From Promethearchaeota archaeon (lineage in GTDB: Archaea > Asgardarchaeota > Lokiarchaeia > Sigyniarchaeales > SOKP01), in assembly GCA_016926735.1 (NCBI GenBank), contig JAFGOA010000077.1, positions 1 to 19,173 on the forward strand: DNA of 19,173 nt, written 5' to 3'. The position numbers were made by a program, and so were the translations under genes. The notes under the pieces were generated by a model. It was not told the DNA's origin. It saw nothing but the letters and a program-made list of their open reading frames with translations, and made no database searches. Shown here one piece after another: positions 17,336 through 19,173 of this stretch (positions are counted from its first letter, which is position 1; every line of letters starts with the position of its first letter).

Positions 17336-18091
17336 CTATTCAATCCAAGTATTTAAAGTTGTATTTCTCGATCTTTTAGCAAGATTTCTCTTTGGTATAC
17401 ACGTTTTCCATTTCACAATTCGATGTTCTGATAGAAAAGGATGTTGAACAAGAGTGTATTCCACATATCTCTCTTCATTGTTCACTAATACTAACACATT
17501 TCCAAAGTGAGAAAGTATTTTTCCTCCTTTTGGTCTAAAAAAAGAAGATTTGTGTAGAGGTGCTGTGATGATAATCAAAGGATCTGTTTTTGATAGTATT
17601 TTTTTTATACCTCCAATCATTTTTAATAAATCTTCAAATGTTTGCTTTTCGTAATTTTGAAGAAGATCTGTAATCCCAGAGATTAAAACAACCTTTATTT
17701 CTTCGAGTTTAGCAAGTTGATTTTCTAAGAGCTCAACCATTTGATCCCAAGTGAATGCTCGTGCAATAACTATATTTTCTAGGACTTTTCGAGGAGATAA
17801 ATTGTGTATAACAGAAAATTTACTGATATTATAAGGATTAAAACGATTTTTACCATCAACAAAAGCAACTTTAATACCTTCACCCATTCCTCCATTTGAT
17901 GAGGATTGTTGAACGATAACAGAAGTATATAGGAGAATGTTTGTTACTACTTTCTCGTCTCCATATAGTAAATAAACCAAATTTCTATGAAAACCACCGT
18001 TTAAAAGTTTGTCTAAAGTAACATCTCCCGTTGAAATAGGAGAGTAATGACTGTTATTCTTATGTACCCCAAATCCTGATTTAAAGTGCAT
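17336..18091 (-). CDS. RadA/Rad51-like RecA-fold protein with degenerate Walker motifs (ImuA-analogue)
   Basis: ISTGDVTLDKLLNGG, FVDGKNRFNPY, LENIVIARAFTWDQM and GGKILSH are RadA-like. Walker A reads YGDEKVVTN and Walker B reads VVLISGI; there is no N-terminal HhH domain. ATG 18091 is preferred to GTG 18127 because the extension is a T-run. Confidence 0.85.
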   Translation of the reverse strand: MHFKSGFGVHKNNSHYSPISTGDVTLDKLLNGGFHRNLVYLLYGDEKVVTNILLYTSVIVQQSSSNGGMGEGIKVAFVDGKNRFNPYNISKFSVIHNLSPRKVLENIVIARAFTWDQMVELLENQLAKLEEIKVVLISGITDLLQNYEKQTFEDLLKMIGGIKKILSKTDPLIIITAPLHKSSFFRPKGGKILSHFGNVLVLVNNEERYVEYTLVQHPFLSEHRIVKWKTCIPKRNLAKRSRNTTLNTWIE

Positions 18092-18114
18092 TATGAAATG
18101 TAATACAGAAAAAA

Positions 18115-18147
18115 AATAAAAATGCACAACGCCGACAATTTTCTGAA
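18115..18147 (-). promoter_or_regulatory. Candidate promoter of the RadA-like gene (TTCAGAAAAT motif plus TATA-like TTTTTATT)
   Basis: On the minus strand, TTCAGAAAAT at 18147-18138 and TTTTTATT at 18122-18115, 23 nt before ATG 18091, consistent with a leaderless transcript. Confidence 0.35.
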
Positions 18148-18426
18148 ACGCTCTTTTATAAAGACTTAGGATTTCAATATTTCCCGATAAAAGATTGAAA
18201 TTATTATTTAGGTGATATTTTTTATATAGGGAGAGAGATGATTGGAAGTAAAAATAAAATTATAAGATAGTTTATATTTAAAAACTTTTATGATATGTTT
18301 ATAGTTAAATATAAAGAATTTCTTCATTATATTAAAAATAGTATTATAATTTCATTAAACTTTAATTAAGTTAATTTTATATTATTATTAAAACGAATGT
18401 TGCACTTATAAGGAATACTATTTATC

Positions 18427-18972
18427 ATGTCAGAAAAAAAATCTTTCATTTATAAAATCTGTATAGTAGGAGATGGAGGGGTTGGAAAGACCTCTTTGGT
18501 GTTACGTTATTGTGAAGATGCATTCAAAGATAACTACATAATGACGATTGGATCTAATTTTTCTACAAAGAGTGTAGTTCTACCAGAGTATCCTAATTAT
18601 GATATAAAATTACAATTATGGGATTTAGCTGGTCAAAAACATTTTAGTTTTGTACGTCCTCCCTTTTATCGTGGAGCAACAGGTATTATATATGTTTATG
18701 ATTTAACTAGACGTAGTTCATTTGCAAGTATGGCAAATTGGAAAGAAGAAGTTGAAAAAGTAATTGGACTAAAATCAAGTATAATCGTTGGAAATAAATT
18801 AGATCTTGCTGATGATAATCATAGAGAGATTGGAGCTCAAGATGGAGAAGCATTAAAAGCAGAAATGAATGCACTCTCTTATTATGAAACAAGTGCAAAA
18901 GATGGAATTAATGTCGAATCTATCTTTAGAGATATTACTCTAGGTATCTTAAAGGATTTTAATAAGATATAG
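18427..18972 (+). CDS. Rab-like small GTPase (Ras superfamily)
   Basis: G1 GDGGVGKT, G2 TIG, G3 WDLAGQ, G4 GNKLD, G5 ETSAK; RabF-like IGSNF, KLQLW, FYRGA and YVYDLT; no C-terminal Cys prenylation motif. Confidence 0.95.
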   Translation: MSEKKSFIYKICIVGDGGVGKTSLVLRYCEDAFKDNYIMTIGSNFSTKSVVLPEYPNYDIKLQLWDLAGQKHFSFVRPPFYRGATGIIYVYDLTRRSSFASMANWKEEVEKVIGLKSSIIVGNKLDLADDNHREIGAQDGEALKAEMNALSYYETSAKDGINVESIFRDITLGILKDFNKI

Positions 18973-18989
18973 AGTACTTCTTATCAATA

Positions 18990-18999
18990 TTTTTTATTT
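18990..18999 (+). terminator. Oligo-T terminator candidate
   Basis: T-rich run about 17 nt after the GTPase stop codon. Confidence 0.35.
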
Positions 19000-19173
19000 A
19001 ACTAATTAATTTAGAAAAAAACAATAAATTATTCATATATATAATTTTTTCAGGAAAGATCTTATCATTCACAAATAATGTCTATCTATTGTTTCAACTA
19101 TTTACTGAAATCTTATAAAGACCTATAATTATTTATAAAAATCTAAAAATCATTACTCTTTTGGGATTTAAAT

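Noticed and set aside
14653-18091. PolB considered as a casposon, pipolin or viral polymerase
   Set aside because: Motifs are those of cellular PolB2; no Cas1, integrase, capsid gene, or convincing terminal inverted repeats or target-site duplication.
18092-18127. N-terminal extension MHFYFFSVLHFI of the RadA-like ORF
   Set aside because: It is encoded by a T-run that looks like a TATA/promoter region; ATG 18091 is the more plausible start.
13067-18898. Minus-strand ORFs 13067-13285, 16588-16911 and 18707-18898
   Set aside because: They lie opposite well-supported genes and carry no motifs.

Overview
Very AT-rich archaeal window, most likely from an Asgard archaeon (Lokiarchaeia/Promethearchaeota-like; inferred from the Rab-like GTPase without a prenylation tail, the PolB2 cassette and the soluble multi-PAS kinase). 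In order: 3' end of an MFS-like transporter; a DapL-type PLP aminotransferase; a 2-TM protein with a C-terminal double zinc ribbon; a ~306-aa membrane protein followed in the same frame by a giant (2749 aa), almost entirely hydrophobic membrane protein with exact 128-aa, 4-helix tandem repeats; an orphan PAS histidine kinase whose first PAS domain begins upstream of any canonical start codon; a three-gene mutasome-like cassette (small helical protein + PolB2 + convergent Walker-dead RadA paralog), where PolB2 and the RadA paralog end in PIP-box-like motifs and the two transcription units share a similarly placed upstream motif; and a Rab-like small GTPase. No rRNA, tRNA, CRISPR array or mobile element is recognisable. 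All calls come from reading motifs by eye; no database search was run.
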